The notes: a model not told the origin generated them from the letters alone. A stretch of DNA of 64,000 nucleotides from Bythopirellula sp. (GCA_965216565.1 OZ244170.1:1-64000), one strand, 5' to 3'. Counted from the first letter of the stretch, positions 1-10,331 are shown. A program made the numbers and translations.

Positions 1-1
1 C

Positions 2-124
2 GGCGGTTGCTGCGAAGCTTCCTGCGGTTGTGCCGATAGCTGCTGCAACGGTGGCGGATGCTGCGAAGCTAGCTGTGGCTGTGCCAACAGCTGCTGCGAG
101 CCATCCTGCGGTTGTGCAGGCTAG
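2..124 (+). CDS. 3' end of a Cys-rich repeat protein (partial, starts before window)
   Basis: Frame 2 reads GGCCEASCGCADSCCNGGGCCEASCGCANSCCEPSCGCAG-TAG (14 Cys in 40 aa, repeated CCE(A/P)SCGCA); followed by a terminator. Not in ORF track. Confidence 0.85.
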   Translation, partial: GGCCEASCGCADSCCNGGGCCEASCGCANSCCEPSCGCAG

Positions 125-189
125 TTGATTGGCTCAGCAGTTGAGCAACGACGCTGGGACACAGAGTCCCACAAGAAGCTAGACACAAG

Positions 190-226
190 ACGGTCCCTGG
201 TGAAGCTTGCCAGGGACCGTTTTTTT
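190..226 (+). terminator. Rho-independent terminator
   Basis: 11-bp stem ACGGTCCCTGG/CCAGGGACCGT followed by a T run. Confidence 0.85.
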
Positions 227-403
227 GTTGCGCTCACAGTCTCCGTACCGACCTACTTCCAATCGTGAATAAAGAATCAGCCGCAATACCACGGACTACT
301 CGCCACGGCGAACATTGGAAGACCGACCGCCCACGTTTGACGCTCGCCCCTTAGCAGGTTACCATCGCTGGCTCTTCTAGCCCTTTTCTTTGCCTAGTGA
401 ACG

Positions 404-2080
404 ATGTCCAAAGCCAAGCCCAATTCCGAGACGGAAAGCCGCCAGCCATTTAAGCTACATTGGTACGCTATCCTAGCGCTGGTGTTTGCCGTGAGTCTTG
501 CCATCCGGATCAACGGGGTCTTTACTTTCGGCTTTGGCCACGACGGGCCCGATAGTTTTCGCGTGATCAACTTCGACGAGGCAGGCGGTTGCCGAGACCT
601 CTTAGGGGGCCGTAACTATAACACGTTTGTCGGTTACCAGATTCTCGCGATTCAGAAGCTCATGGGCGAGGGTCCCGAGCCTAAGCACTTTGTGACTCGG
701 CAGTATCCGAATGCCTGGCGTTCCTTTTGCCACAGCAAGGCATCAATCATCCTGCATCGAATCTATTCGGCGGTCACGGGTTCGCTCTCGGTCGTGTTGT
801 TAGGCGTCCTTGCGCTATTTATGTGGCCGGCGCGACCGCAGATTGCCTGGACAGCGTGTGCGTTATTGGGATTCTCAAACCTACACGTAGCCCATTCTTC
901 GCACTTTGGCACGGTCGACGCGCCGCAGCTCTTTTTCATGGGGCTGTTGACCACGACATTGGCCTATGCGATCGTCTCTGGCAAAAAATGGCCGCTGTGG
1001 ATTAGTCCGCTGCTCCTTGTTGCGGCTGTTTTAACTAAGACGAACGTCTTTATGGTCTTGGCCTTCTTGCCGCTATTGCCGAGCCTAAAACTCGAAAAAT
1101 ATTGGATGCATTACGCCATGGCCCTGCTCGGTCTGTTTTTTCTTGTAGTGGCAATGGTTGGCTTAGATTGGCTTTCCGACGCAGTTGCTCAACGCAAGGG
1201 AATGCTCTGGGGGCCCGAGACGCGTCCGAACTTTGGTACCGGCTACGGCCATATCGGGACTTGGCGACGGTGGATTCGCAACGCCATTAACTTGCCTGTG
1301 GTGCATATCGTGGGCATCGGTTTGCCGGCATTTACTGCCGCAGTTTATGGGTTGAAGCTGGCGTGGAATTCACGGACAGAAGACAAGCAGCGTTGGCGTC
1401 TATGGATGTTGCAGGCTCCCGCGGTGGCTTACTTTGCGTACATGCTGCTGCTCGCGCCGCCTACGTACTACCGCTACTATCTGCCGCTGTTTCCGACCGT
1501 CGCCTTACTGGCGGCCTACGGCTTTTGGGAAAGTCGCTGGTCCGCTTACAAAATAGCCGTAGGTCTATTCGTGCTTTATCCGGCGCTGTTGATGGTGGAT
1601 TCCGAATACAACTACGCCAACGATCCGCGCAATCGAGTTGCGAAATGGATCGATACGACACCCAACGGAAGAGATTCCAAAATCATGGCCACGTATTATC
1701 ATGGCCTGCCGTCGGATGTGAAAATTGCTTCCTTCACTTACGTACCTCAGCGGGAAACTGATGCGCTGGATATGTACGAAAAGTATGGGGCCACATTCCT
1801 AAAACAAGCCGAATACCTGATCATGAACGAGAGTTGGTACGACACGGCCTTCTGCAATGAGCTGAACGGACCCTTCGGGCTATGGCCGGAATGGTGCATC
1901 AAAACGACGGAACAATCAGCACGCATCTATCGCAAGATCATTTCTGGTGAAGAGCCGGCTCTGGAGTTGGAAGAGGCCTTCACGCTCACGCACTTCACGC
2001 CTGAGATGCTGGTGCATCGATTCTTCTACGGCTCGTTTCCGCTATTCGCCAGCGATGTGATGATTTATCGCATCAAATAG
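404..2080 (+). CDS. Multi-pass membrane glycosyltransferase, GT-C fold (PMT/ArnT-like)
   Basis: Many TM segments, acidic NFDE motif after first TM, SHFGTVD, YYRYYLPLFP loop, soluble C-terminal domain. Confidence 0.7.
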   Translation: MSKAKPNSETESRQPFKLHWYAILALVFAVSLAIRINGVFTFGFGHDGPDSFRVINFDEAGGCRDLLGGRNYNTFVGYQILAIQKLMGEGPEPKHFVTRQYPNAWRSFCHSKASIILHRIYSAVTGSLSVVLLGVLALFMWPARPQIAWTACALLGFSNLHVAHSSHFGTVDAPQLFFMGLLTTTLAYAIVSGKKWPLWISPLLLVAAVLTKTNVFMVLAFLPLLPSLKLEKYWMHYAMALLGLFFLVVAMVGLDWLSDAVAQRKGMLWGPETRPNFGTGYGHIGTWRRWIRNAINLPVVHIVGIGLPAFTAAVYGLKLAWNSRTEDKQRWRLWMLQAPAVAYFAYMLLLAPPTYYRYYLPLFPTVALLAAYGFWESRWSAYKIAVGLFVLYPALLMVDSEYNYANDPRNRVAKWIDTTPNGRDSKIMATYYHGLPSDVKIASFTYVPQRETDALDMYEKYGATFLKQAEYLIMNESWYDTAFCNELNGPFGLWPEWCIKTTEQSARIYRKIISGEEPALELEEAFTLTHFTPEMLVHRFFYGSFPLFASDVMIYRIK

Positions 2081-2243
2081 CGACTCCCGAGGCCCCAACA
2101 ACCTGTGCAATCGCGCCAGTCCGTCGGTTGTTTGACGCTAAGAAGGTGCCTAGGTACGATCAGGGGACAGGAGCCGGATTAGTGCCCTTAGTTCTTACGA
2201 CTTCTAGCGTTAGGAATCGAAGAAAAGCAACTTCTCCATAAGT

Positions 2244-2277
2244 CCCTCGCCCCCGCGGGGAGAGGCTAGGTGAGGGG
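2244..2277. repeat. CCCTC...GAGGG palindromic repeat (family B)
   Basis: CCCTCGCCCCCGCGGGGAGAGGCTAGGTGAGGGG; related copies at 5768, 20714, 29741. Confidence 0.65.
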
Positions 2278-2378
2278 CATCAAGAAGTACGGAAGTTACT
2301 TTTCCTCGGTTCCGTGTCGACGTAATCCGTCGGACACGCCAAAACAAATGCCGCGTTAACTTGCAGCAACGAGAATTC

Positions 2379-3395
2379 ATGTCCATCGTGAGCGAACCTA
2401 GCGAAACCAGCGAGGACCGTGTGGCCCAAGGGCTACACCTCCTGGTGGCGATGCCTGCGCTGAACGAGGCGGCCACTATTGTGAAGGTCATCGAGTCGAT
2501 TCCGCGTTCGATCGAGGGTGTCTCTCGAATCGATGTGCTTGTAGTGAACGACGGCAGCACCGACCAAACCGCTGAGTTGTCAACTGAGGCAGGGGCTCAT
2601 GTTCTTACTCATCCAGAAAGCCAAGGAGTAGGAGCCGCTTTTCACACGGCGCTGGCCTACGCAGTCGACCAGCATGTCGACCTGTTGGTGACCATCGACT
2701 CCGACGGACAATTCAACCCCGCCGACATTCCCAAACTTACCGAGCCGGTAATCCGGGGCGAAGCCGATTTTGCCACCGCTTCGCGATTTATGGATCCGGA
2801 ACTGGTCCCCGAGATGCCTTGGATCAAAAAGTGGGGCAATCGGCAGATGAGTCGCCTGATCTCCCGACTCACCGGGCTCAAGTTTCACGATGTCTCCTGT
2901 GGGATGCGCTGCTATGGCAAGCGGGCCCTAGTGAACCTTAACCCCCTCGGAACGTTTACTTACACGCAAGAAGTGTTCTTGAACTTGGCCTTTAAGAAAA
3001 TGCGACTTGTCGAAGTGCCTGTGGTTGTGCGCGGCGTTCGCGAAGTTGGCAAGAGTCGGGTAGCCTCGAATCTGTGGAACTACGGCATCAACACGTCGAA
3101 GATTATTTTCAGGGCCTACCGCGACTTTCACCCACTGAAGTTTTTCGGTGGGCTGGCATTGTTGCTGGGCATCCCAGCATTTTTGTTGGCGGGGTTTCTT
3201 GCGATTCATTATTTCCGGACAGAAATGTTCACTCCACACAAATGGGCCGGCTTCACCTCTGGCATACTATTCGGCCTCAGCCTGATTTTGCTGGTCATGG
3301 GCATCCTGGGCGATATGCTGCATCGACATCGAGTTTATCTAGAAGAGCTACTTGCCCGAGCACGGACGATAGAATCAAAGGATTCAGAAGAATAA
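2379..3395 (+). CDS. GT2 glycosyltransferase, polyprenol-phosphate glycosyltransferase (DPM1/GtrB-like) with two C-terminal TM helices
   Basis: MPALNE, VNDGSTD, IDSDGQF, HDVSCGMR motifs; ATG at 2379 preferred over TTG 2361. Confidence 0.85.
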   Translation: MSIVSEPSETSEDRVAQGLHLLVAMPALNEAATIVKVIESIPRSIEGVSRIDVLVVNDGSTDQTAELSTEAGAHVLTHPESQGVGAAFHTALAYAVDQHVDLLVTIDSDGQFNPADIPKLTEPVIRGEADFATASRFMDPELVPEMPWIKKWGNRQMSRLISRLTGLKFHDVSCGMRCYGKRALVNLNPLGTFTYTQEVFLNLAFKKMRLVEVPVVVRGVREVGKSRVASNLWNYGINTSKIIFRAYRDFHPLKFFGGLALLLGIPAFLLAGFLAIHYFRTEMFTPHKWAGFTSGILFGLSLILLVMGILGDMLHRHRVYLEELLARARTIESKDSEE

Positions 3396-3444
3396 CGGAT
3401 CGCAGTTCGCAACGGTCGCTACCGCACTTAGGAAAGACGTTGAA

Positions 3445-4551
3445 ATGAGTTCTCGAATTCCAATTAGTGTGCCAGATCTTTCGGGTCGCGAAGCCGAGTA
3501 CCTGCAGGAGTGCATTAGTACCGGTTGGGTTTCGTCGATCGGTCCGTTCGTGGAACGCTTCGAAACAGAGTTCGCTCAGTTCTGCAATCAACCGCACGGC
3601 GTCTCGCTCAACTCAGGCACCGCGGCGATCCATTTGGCCATTCGCGTGCTGGACGTCGGGCCGGGCGACGAGGTGATTATCCCTGCGGTGACGTTTGCCT
3701 CGGTCGTCAATTGCGTGCTCTACCAAGGTGCCACGCCGGTGTTCGTCGACTGCAAGGCCGACGACTGGAACATCGATCCAGCCGGGGTAGAAAGTGCCAT
3801 CACCAGCAAAACCAAGGCGATTATGCCCGTGCATCTGTACGGCTTGCCTTGCGATATCAAACGCATCGTCGAAATTGCCAACAGCGCTAACTTGCCGGTG
3901 GTCGAAGACTGTGCCGAGGCGCACGGCGCGGAGCGGGACTCACAAATCGTGGGCAGCTTTGGCACGATCGGCTGCTTTAGTTTCTACGGCAACAAAATAA
4001 TCACCACCGGCGAGGGTGGGATGTGCGTAACGAGTGACGAATCGCTCGACCGCCGCATGCGAGTTCTCCGCGATCACGGCATGAACAAGTCGCGCCGCTA
4101 TTGGCACGACGACGTAGGCTACAACTACCGCATGACCAATCTTCAGGCAGCCGTCGGGTGTGCCCAGCTAGAGCGGATGGACGAATTCCTTGAGCGAAAA
4201 CGGTGGATTGCCGAGCAGTACCGTCAACGCCTGTGCGAAACAGATCTGGAACTGCCTGCTGAAGATGCCGATGCGAAAAATGTCTATTGGCTCTATACCG
4301 TGCTGCTTTCCAAAAAACATAATGCAGAGGACCGCGACAACTTGATCGGTTCGCTCAACGAACAAGGGATCGACACGCGACCGTTTTTCTATGCCCTGCA
4401 CACGATGCCACCTTACCAGCAGTACGCACGCTCGCTGCCTCACGCGGAATCGATCGCCCAGAGGGGTATCACTTTGCCCTCGTTCCATACCATTAGCGAA
4501 GCGGAAATCGATCGAGTCTCAGACGCAATCACCCAATGGCTCGCGCGGTGA
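3445..4551 (+). CDS. DegT/DnrJ/EryC1/StrS sugar aminotransferase (perosamine-synthase-like)
   Basis: NSGTAA, VEDCAEAHGA, SFYGNKIITTGEGG (PLP lysine), GYNYRMTNLQAA. Confidence 0.92.
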   Translation: MSSRIPISVPDLSGREAEYLQECISTGWVSSIGPFVERFETEFAQFCNQPHGVSLNSGTAAIHLAIRVLDVGPGDEVIIPAVTFASVVNCVLYQGATPVFVDCKADDWNIDPAGVESAITSKTKAIMPVHLYGLPCDIKRIVEIANSANLPVVEDCAEAHGAERDSQIVGSFGTIGCFSFYGNKIITTGEGGMCVTSDESLDRRMRVLRDHGMNKSRRYWHDDVGYNYRMTNLQAAVGCAQLERMDEFLERKRWIAEQYRQRLCETDLELPAEDADAKNVYWLYTVLLSKKHNAEDRDNLIGSLNEQGIDTRPFFYALHTMPPYQQYARSLPHAESIAQRGITLPSFHTISEAEIDRVSDAITQWLAR

Positions 4552-5753
4552 TGAGAATCAGGCTGATCGTAACCGATCTCAGCAATACCCGGATCGGCGG
4601 TATCTCGCGCGTGGCGACCGAGGTCGGCCGCAACCTGGTCGAACTGGGGCACGATGTCACGGCCTGCCTGCTGCAGCGCGAGGGTTGCCAGGCGGTCCCC
4701 GAGTTCGCGGGGATCAAGATCGAGTACATCGAACCGTTCCGCAGCGTCAATCCAGATTACCCGGTCGTGGAGTTCAGCCGACGCGCCTTTCGACAAGCCG
4801 TGGCGGATGCCGAACAAAAAGAGATCGACGTCATCCAGACGTTCAACCTCAACTGTATTGGATTGCCAAAATTCCAGCGACAGCTCCAAGCGGCTGGTGT
4901 GCCCGTAGCCATGTCGTGTTACGAAACAATCGGCATGGATGTCGCCGCTAAGCTGAACGAGTTCCGGTCGCTCCCCTCATTAAAGACACTGGCACAGATT
5001 CTTGGCGAGACGTATTTGATGACTATGCACGAGCGTCGCTACATAAAGCTCGCCGACGCGATTATTACGGAAGACGCAAATACACTTAGTGCGCTGGAGA
5101 GGATGGGAATCGATCGAGACAAAGTCACCCTCATCCCTAGCGGTGTTGATGTCGAGCAAGCGCAGCGAACAACGGCTCCAGAGATCGAAACTCCTTGGTC
5201 GCAGGGTGGTCCGGTGGTGGGCTACATCGGCCGAGTCGATCCCCGCAAGGGGGTCCAGTACTTGATTCAGACGATGACCCAGGTGCAGCAGAAGTTTCCC
5301 AGTGCACAACTCGTGTTGGTGGGGGGCAGTCGCCACGGGTACGATGCGGTCATTCGACAGATGATCGAAAAGCTAGGCCTGGGTGGCAGCGTCCATGTGC
5401 TGGGGCGGGTCGAGGGTGACATTTTGCCTTACTACAAACTGATGGACCGAATCGTCATTCCCTCGCTTTCCGAAGGCATTCCTATCACGCTGGGCGAAGC
5501 CATGGCCTCCGAAGTGCCGGTCGTCATTACAAAACTGCCCGGGGTGGTTCCGTTCGTGCAGCCAGCCGACTTGGTCCACTGGGCAGAGTTGGGCTCCGCC
5601 GACAGCTTAGCCACGGCGATCGTCCAGTCGCTAGAAGACGAGAATTCAAGCCAGCGCGCAACTCGGGCGTTGGAGTTTATCCAACAATACACCTGGCGAG
5701 CAGTCGCCGAACGACACGCAGACGTTTACCAAAACCTAGTACAAATGAATTAG
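4551..5753 (+). CDS. GT4 family glycosyltransferase
   Basis: IGGIS N-terminal motif, GRVDPRKG, SEGIPITLGEAMA (EX7E); start overlaps upstream stop (TGATG). Confidence 0.9.
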   Translation: MRIRLIVTDLSNTRIGGISRVATEVGRNLVELGHDVTACLLQREGCQAVPEFAGIKIEYIEPFRSVNPDYPVVEFSRRAFRQAVADAEQKEIDVIQTFNLNCIGLPKFQRQLQAAGVPVAMSCYETIGMDVAAKLNEFRSLPSLKTLAQILGETYLMTMHERRYIKLADAIITEDANTLSALERMGIDRDKVTLIPSGVDVEQAQRTTAPEIETPWSQGGPVVGYIGRVDPRKGVQYLIQTMTQVQQKFPSAQLVLVGGSRHGYDAVIRQMIEKLGLGGSVHVLGRVEGDILPYYKLMDRIVIPSLSEGIPITLGEAMASEVPVVITKLPGVVPFVQPADLVHWAELGSADSLATAIVQSLEDENSSQRATRALEFIQQYTWRAVAERHADVYQNLVQMN

Positions 5754-5767
5754 CGACCGCCTCTCAT

Positions 5768-5807
5768 CCCCCTCCCCCGTCTGCGGGGGAGGGGCTAGGG
5801 GAGGGGG
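5768..5807. repeat. Family B palindromic repeat
   Basis: CCCCCTCCCCCG-TCTG-CGGGGGAGGGG then CTAGGGGAGGGGG. Confidence 0.65.
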
Positions 5808-5877
5808 TTTTCGAGCAAGCGAAAAACATCGCCACATTTCCCGGAACAGAATCGGCACCGACAACTCATCCTTCCTC

Positions 5878-6810
5878 ATGTGTAAACCAAACTTCTTCAT
5901 CGTCGGCGCAGCAAAGAGTGGTACCACGTCGCTCTACGAATACTTGCGCCAATTCCCGGAAGTGTTTCTTCCCGACGTGAAAGAACCTGTCTACTTTGGT
6001 AGCGACTTGGAATTTGACAAACGGCTATGCGCTCGCAAGACCATCCACAACTTGGAAGAGTATCTCAAGCTCTACGCAAACGCCGACAAGTATCCGCTGC
6101 GGGGCGATGCCACGGTGTGGTATCTCTATTCCAAGACGGCAGCCCGTGAAATCTATGAGTTCGATCCACAGGCCAAAATCGTAATTCTGCTCCGCAATCC
6201 CGTGGATGTCATGCCGGCGTTGCATAGCGAGTTTCTTTGGGACTGCAACGAAGATATCCCAGACTTTGCCGAAGCCATCAAAGCCCAGGATGCCCGACGA
6301 CGTGGCGAACGGCTGGGCCCCACAACGCACTTCCCGCAGGGCTTACTATACGAAGAGGTCGTGTCGTTTGCCGATCAAGTAGAACGGTATTTTCAAGTGT
6401 TTGGCAAAGAGAACGTGCACGTCGTGGTTTTGGATGACGTCATCCAATCCACCGCCGACACCTATCGCGGTGTGGCCGATTACCTGGGGTTAGATCCCAG
6501 TTTCCAACCGGAGCTTGGCCACTACAATGCCCGCAAGCCGACTCAGTTGCGTCGCATCAATCAATTCTTTGCCGCTCGTCCCGGCCTGCGTCGGCTACTG
6601 TTCAGCAACATCCTTTCTCAAACAGCCAAGCGTTACGCCATCGAAGTGGCAACTCGGCTATTGGGACCTAAGAACGGGGCGAAAAAGAAAATCGACCCCG
6701 AGCTCCGCCGCGAGTTACAAGCTCGACTGCGTAGCGACGTCGAGCGATTGGGCGAACTGCTAGATCGCGATCTCTCGCATTGGTGTGACGAGCCTCAATC
6801 GACATCGTAG
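5878..6810 (+). CDS. PAPS-dependent sulfotransferase
   Basis: PNFFIVGAAKSGTTSL (5'-PSB loop), KEPVYF, LRNPVD. Confidence 0.9.
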   Translation: MCKPNFFIVGAAKSGTTSLYEYLRQFPEVFLPDVKEPVYFGSDLEFDKRLCARKTIHNLEEYLKLYANADKYPLRGDATVWYLYSKTAAREIYEFDPQAKIVILLRNPVDVMPALHSEFLWDCNEDIPDFAEAIKAQDARRRGERLGPTTHFPQGLLYEEVVSFADQVERYFQVFGKENVHVVVLDDVIQSTADTYRGVADYLGLDPSFQPELGHYNARKPTQLRRINQFFAARPGLRRLLFSNILSQTAKRYAIEVATRLLGPKNGAKKKIDPELRRELQARLRSDVERLGELLDRDLSHWCDEPQSTS

Positions 6811-7595
6811 CCATACTCGCTCATCAACTCGCCGCAGTGCTGGTAAACGAAGTCGCGGTTCTCCTGGCTCCAATCCTGCCAAAGATCGATCTCCTGGCTC
6901 TGGCTGGCATTCACCTTTTTCTGCAGCATCGTATCGAGCTTGCCCGGCCGTTCTTTCAGCTTTAGCCAGTCGGCAAGTTGTCGGATGCCGGTGCCATCGG
7001 TTTGGAACAAATCTTCAAATTTTTCCCTGCGGGTCGGTAGCTCCGTTTCCGCAGCCGATTGTTGGATGTGTCGATTGATTGTGGCCCAATACCAGGCAAT
7101 GCGTTCCACGTGTGACATTTGATTCCAAGTCCTCGTGGGATTGGCATCGATCAATTCCGGCTTGATGATCCAGTTGGGCCAAAAGCTGGAAAGGACCCAC
7201 TTTATCCCGCGCTGCGAACGGAAATTGAGCGCGGAGCGAATCATCGTCCGCGGATCGCGAACCACATGCAGCAGGTGCGGCTGCGAAAAGACCTCGGGCA
7301 AAACGTCGACAAAACCATACAGAAAGGGATTCGATTCCACATAGGTCCCGGTCGATAGGTCTCCCACGATCGTGCGACGCGAGCTAGCGAGTAGCGAGCT
7401 GAGCTGCTCCTTCGACTTCCGACCCGCGAGCCGCGCCGTCGAAGCCATCCGCAATTGTCGCGAAGGTTTTGGTTCGTGCAGTGCGGTCACATCCTCAAAG
7501 CAGTCACTTAGATACCGGGCAATCGCCTTTGTGCCGGTACGTCCTGTGGAGACTACAAATGCCGTCGTGTTTAAATTGGAATTGAGTAATGCCAT
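6795..7595 (-). CDS. Sulfotransferase family protein
   Basis: STGRTGT P-loop, HEP, VVRDPR; overlaps the convergent gene by 16 bp. Confidence 0.8.
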   Translation of the reverse strand: MALLNSNLNTTAFVVSTGRTGTKAIARYLSDCFEDVTALHEPKPSRQLRMASTARLAGRKSKEQLSSLLASSRRTIVGDLSTGTYVESNPFLYGFVDVLPEVFSQPHLLHVVRDPRTMIRSALNFRSQRGIKWVLSSFWPNWIIKPELIDANPTRTWNQMSHVERIAWYWATINRHIQQSAAETELPTRREKFEDLFQTDGTGIRQLADWLKLKERPGKLDTMLQKKVNASQSQEIDLWQDWSQENRDFVYQHCGELMSEYGYDVD

Positions 7596-7706
7596 CAAAA
7601 ACTACTTCGTCGTTTGCCTTGGAACCGTTGCTTCTCGTGAAGGAGGCATGCTACCATACCCCACCGCTGCGTCATAGCAAACATCAGACGCCAACGAGAA
7701 CCACAC

Positions 7707-8384
7707 ATGAAATCGCAAGTCGAGCTGTTGGAGCTACACGGGGAGGAGTATGTCGACTCCTACGGCGATCATTCGATGTCTCGGTTAACCAGATTGCTGC
7801 CCTTCATCGAATTGCAAACCACAGATCAAGTGGTTGATTTCGCCTGTGGCAATGGCATGCTGATGGATTTGGTCGCTCCGCAGGTCGATCACTACGTGGG
7901 AATCGACTTCTCGCAGCCCTTTATCGAAGCGGCTCGCGATCGTCAGCAGCGGCTCGCCATCGAGAATGCAGAATTCGTTTGTGCAGACCTTGTCGAGTTT
8001 TGCGGTGAGAACCGACAACGCTTCGACGCCGCGTTTGCCCTAGACCTCTCTCAGCACGTCTACGATACCCAGTGGCTGGAGATTTTGACTAGCATCCGTA
8101 GCAGCCTGAAACCCGCCGGGAAATTCTACATGCACACGCCCAATGCGGAATTTGTCCTGGAGATTCTCAAGAATAAAAACATCGGGCTGAAACAACTGCC
8201 GCAGCACGTCGCACCGCGCACGCCGAAGCAATGTCAGGCACTGATAGAACAAGCCGGCTTCCGCGACGCTACCGTCAGGCTTGTGCCGCATTACAACGTG
8301 CTCCGCTTCTTGCATCCCGCCTCGTACTTGCCGATGTTTGGAAAGTACCTGAAAGCGAGGATCTTCATCGAGGCAGTGGCCTAA
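7707..8384 (+). CDS. Class I SAM-dependent methyltransferase
   Basis: VDFACGNG motif I, GIDFS, LKPAGKF. Confidence 0.88.
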   Translation: MKSQVELLELHGEEYVDSYGDHSMSRLTRLLPFIELQTTDQVVDFACGNGMLMDLVAPQVDHYVGIDFSQPFIEAARDRQQRLAIENAEFVCADLVEFCGENRQRFDAAFALDLSQHVYDTQWLEILTSIRSSLKPAGKFYMHTPNAEFVLEILKNKNIGLKQLPQHVAPRTPKQCQALIEQAGFRDATVRLVPHYNVLRFLHPASYLPMFGKYLKARIFIEAVA

Positions 8385-8406
8385 GAGCCCAGTTGCAACA
8401 TACCTC

Positions 8407-8486
8407 TGAGCCGACGGCGCTAGCCGCGGGTCTACCCAGATTGAACGTCGATACTGATTTAACCCGCGGCTAGCGCCGTCGGCTCA
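8407..8486. repeat. REP-like inverted pair (family A)
   Basis: 25-bp arms TGAGCCGACGGCGCTAGCCGCGGGT / ACCCGCGGCTAGCGCCGTCGGCTCA; copies at 20931 and 26512. Confidence 0.9.
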
Positions 8487-8518
8487 TTCAATATCAGAGC
8501 TAGGTTATAGAACTGGCT

Positions 8519-9385
8519 CTAAGATACCTCGGCCGGCTCGCTCGGTTGGTAGTCGAATTCCTTCATCCGCGCGCCGCAAATATCTTCGATCTTCGCGAGA
8601 TTCTCGGCACCGAAGAATTCGTGCCAGGTGATCTTGCGGTTTCCCTTGGGTTGATACTGGATGTCTAACCAGGGGGTGATGTCGTTGTCGTGAGGAAGTC
8701 CCAACTGTTTGGCAAGGTCGATCAACTCTTGCTGCTTGTTCTTGCAGAATGTTTCGTACTTCACCAATTGCATCTGCTCGCGGTTTTCCAGATAGATGTC
8801 GGCCGCACGATTCCAACGGTGCGCCAATTGTTCGATGTAAGACTCGCACTCGATGCCCATCCAGCGATTGTCGAACGCCACTTGCCAGGCTCCGCCAATG
8901 GGAAGATTGCGGAAACTGCGATCGGTATCGCCGGGCAGATCGAGACGGTTGAGCAGGCTGCGGATATTGTCGCGTGGATCGCGCAGAATCATCACAAATG
9001 GCGACTCGGGGAAGTAATCCCGCACGAGGTCGAACAAGAACAGGTGCTGATTGAACTTGATAATCGGCCGCGAGAAATCAACGCGGTTCTTTTCGATGAA
9101 CTCCTCGAGAGGCATCTCCCCCGAACGAACCTGCGGGAACATGGGCCGATAGAGCTCTCGTTTCACACCCATCGATACCGGCAACCCGGAAAGCCTGCCG
9201 AGCAACCCCGCGATGGCGGTCGTCCCTGATTTGTGATTCCCCAGCAAAAAGACTGGTCGCTCAGCAACGCGTGCCGAGGTGAAGTTCCGCATGCCAAAAT
9301 CAAGGATCTCGAAGGCAGTCGACTTTACCGACCTTGGCAACCAGGGTGCTACCTTCACCAACAAGGGACGAGCAGAAATGGGCAT
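8519..9385 (-). CDS. Sulfotransferase family protein
   Basis: GNHKSGTT, LRDPRDN, VKYE motifs. Confidence 0.82.
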   Translation of the reverse strand: MPISARPLLVKVAPWLPRSVKSTAFEILDFGMRNFTSARVAERPVFLLGNHKSGTTAIAGLLGRLSGLPVSMGVKRELYRPMFPQVRSGEMPLEEFIEKNRVDFSRPIIKFNQHLFLFDLVRDYFPESPFVMILRDPRDNIRSLLNRLDLPGDTDRSFRNLPIGGAWQVAFDNRWMGIECESYIEQLAHRWNRAADIYLENREQMQLVKYETFCKNKQQELIDLAKQLGLPHDNDITPWLDIQYQPKGNRKITWHEFFGAENLAKIEDICGARMKEFDYQPSEPAEVS

Positions 9386-9499
9386 GACGATAATTGATCA
9401 CAGTGGATGCGGTGACGGAATAAACCATCATATACTGCCCGCCCAGTAAGCGTAAGCAAAAACAGGTTTGGCTTGCAGGCTGCCCGGCTCCCAGCAGGG

Positions 9500-10129
9500 C
9501 TACTCTTTGAGCACCATGTCGATGCACATCACCGCGGCAAGGATCAGCTTTCGCAACGGTCCGTCCGAAGGCAAAGTAGGATCGATTTGCAACACGTAGT
9601 TGTCGGCCGAGGTGAACAGTTCCTTGCTCATGCCAGCCCATTTCTTGCTGACTTTGGCCAGTTCGGTGGTGCCGGTGCGGAAGCTGAACTCCCAACTGGT
9701 CCATTTGCCTTTGAGCTCGCAGAGCGGCTGATCGGTTGGATCCAGCACAGAGAAGGCACCGCCAATGGAAAACAACTTCTGTTTGAAACCGCCAATGAGC
9801 TGGTTGTCCGCGTCGTAGACCTCGACCTTCGAGAGAAAAAGCGAAACACCGCGACGGATGGTCACGAGCACTTCGCCTTCGGGTGTGCGAATTTCAATCT
9901 CGAATGGCGTATAGCGCTTGTAATCCGTGAACCGAAGCATTTTGGTGAACAACCCAAGATTGTCTTCGCGGCATTCAAGAATCTCTTCGCCCGTTTCTGG
10001 ATCGTAGATGTCATAATTGTTGGCTGCCTTGAACATGCCAACATGTTCTTTCACCAAGAATGAATTTCTCGCTAGCAAATCAGACATATCCTGCGCGTCC
10101 AGTACTTCGGGTTCCAGTATGGCTTCCAT
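9500..10129 (-). CDS. Scramblase/LURP-one-related protein
   Basis: Beta-rich pattern IGGFKQKLFS, LKGKW, ELFTSADNY and C-terminal LILAAVMCID helix; start may be a downstream Met. Confidence 0.75.
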   Translation of the reverse strand: MEAILEPEVLDAQDMSDLLARNSFLVKEHVGMFKAANNYDIYDPETGEEILECREDNLGLFTKMLRFTDYKRYTPFEIEIRTPEGEVLVTIRRGVSLFLSKVEVYDADNQLIGGFKQKLFSIGGAFSVLDPTDQPLCELKGKWTSWEFSFRTGTTELAKVSKKWAGMSKELFTSADNYVLQIDPTLPSDGPLRKLILAAVMCIDMVLKE

Positions 10130-10331
10130 CGTTGATACTCCCCAATAAGATAGCGCGGCCGGTAGACTTACACCATTGGTGAGGAATGCTTCAGACTTAC
10201 CTCACACTTAAAATCTAGTATCCGAGTGCAAAATAGCCAGAAAAACTTGGCCCATGGCTAGATCTTGAAGCTGCGCATCCGGCAAGATTGGTGCCATCCC
10301 GTCAGGATCGGCCCGACAAGCTGGAGAACCG

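Noticed and set aside
8382..8522. Possible outer IR (AGAGCCCAGTT / AACTGGCTCT) around the family A pair, touching both stop codons
   Set aside because: Short and imperfect; cannot be distinguished from chance without other copies.
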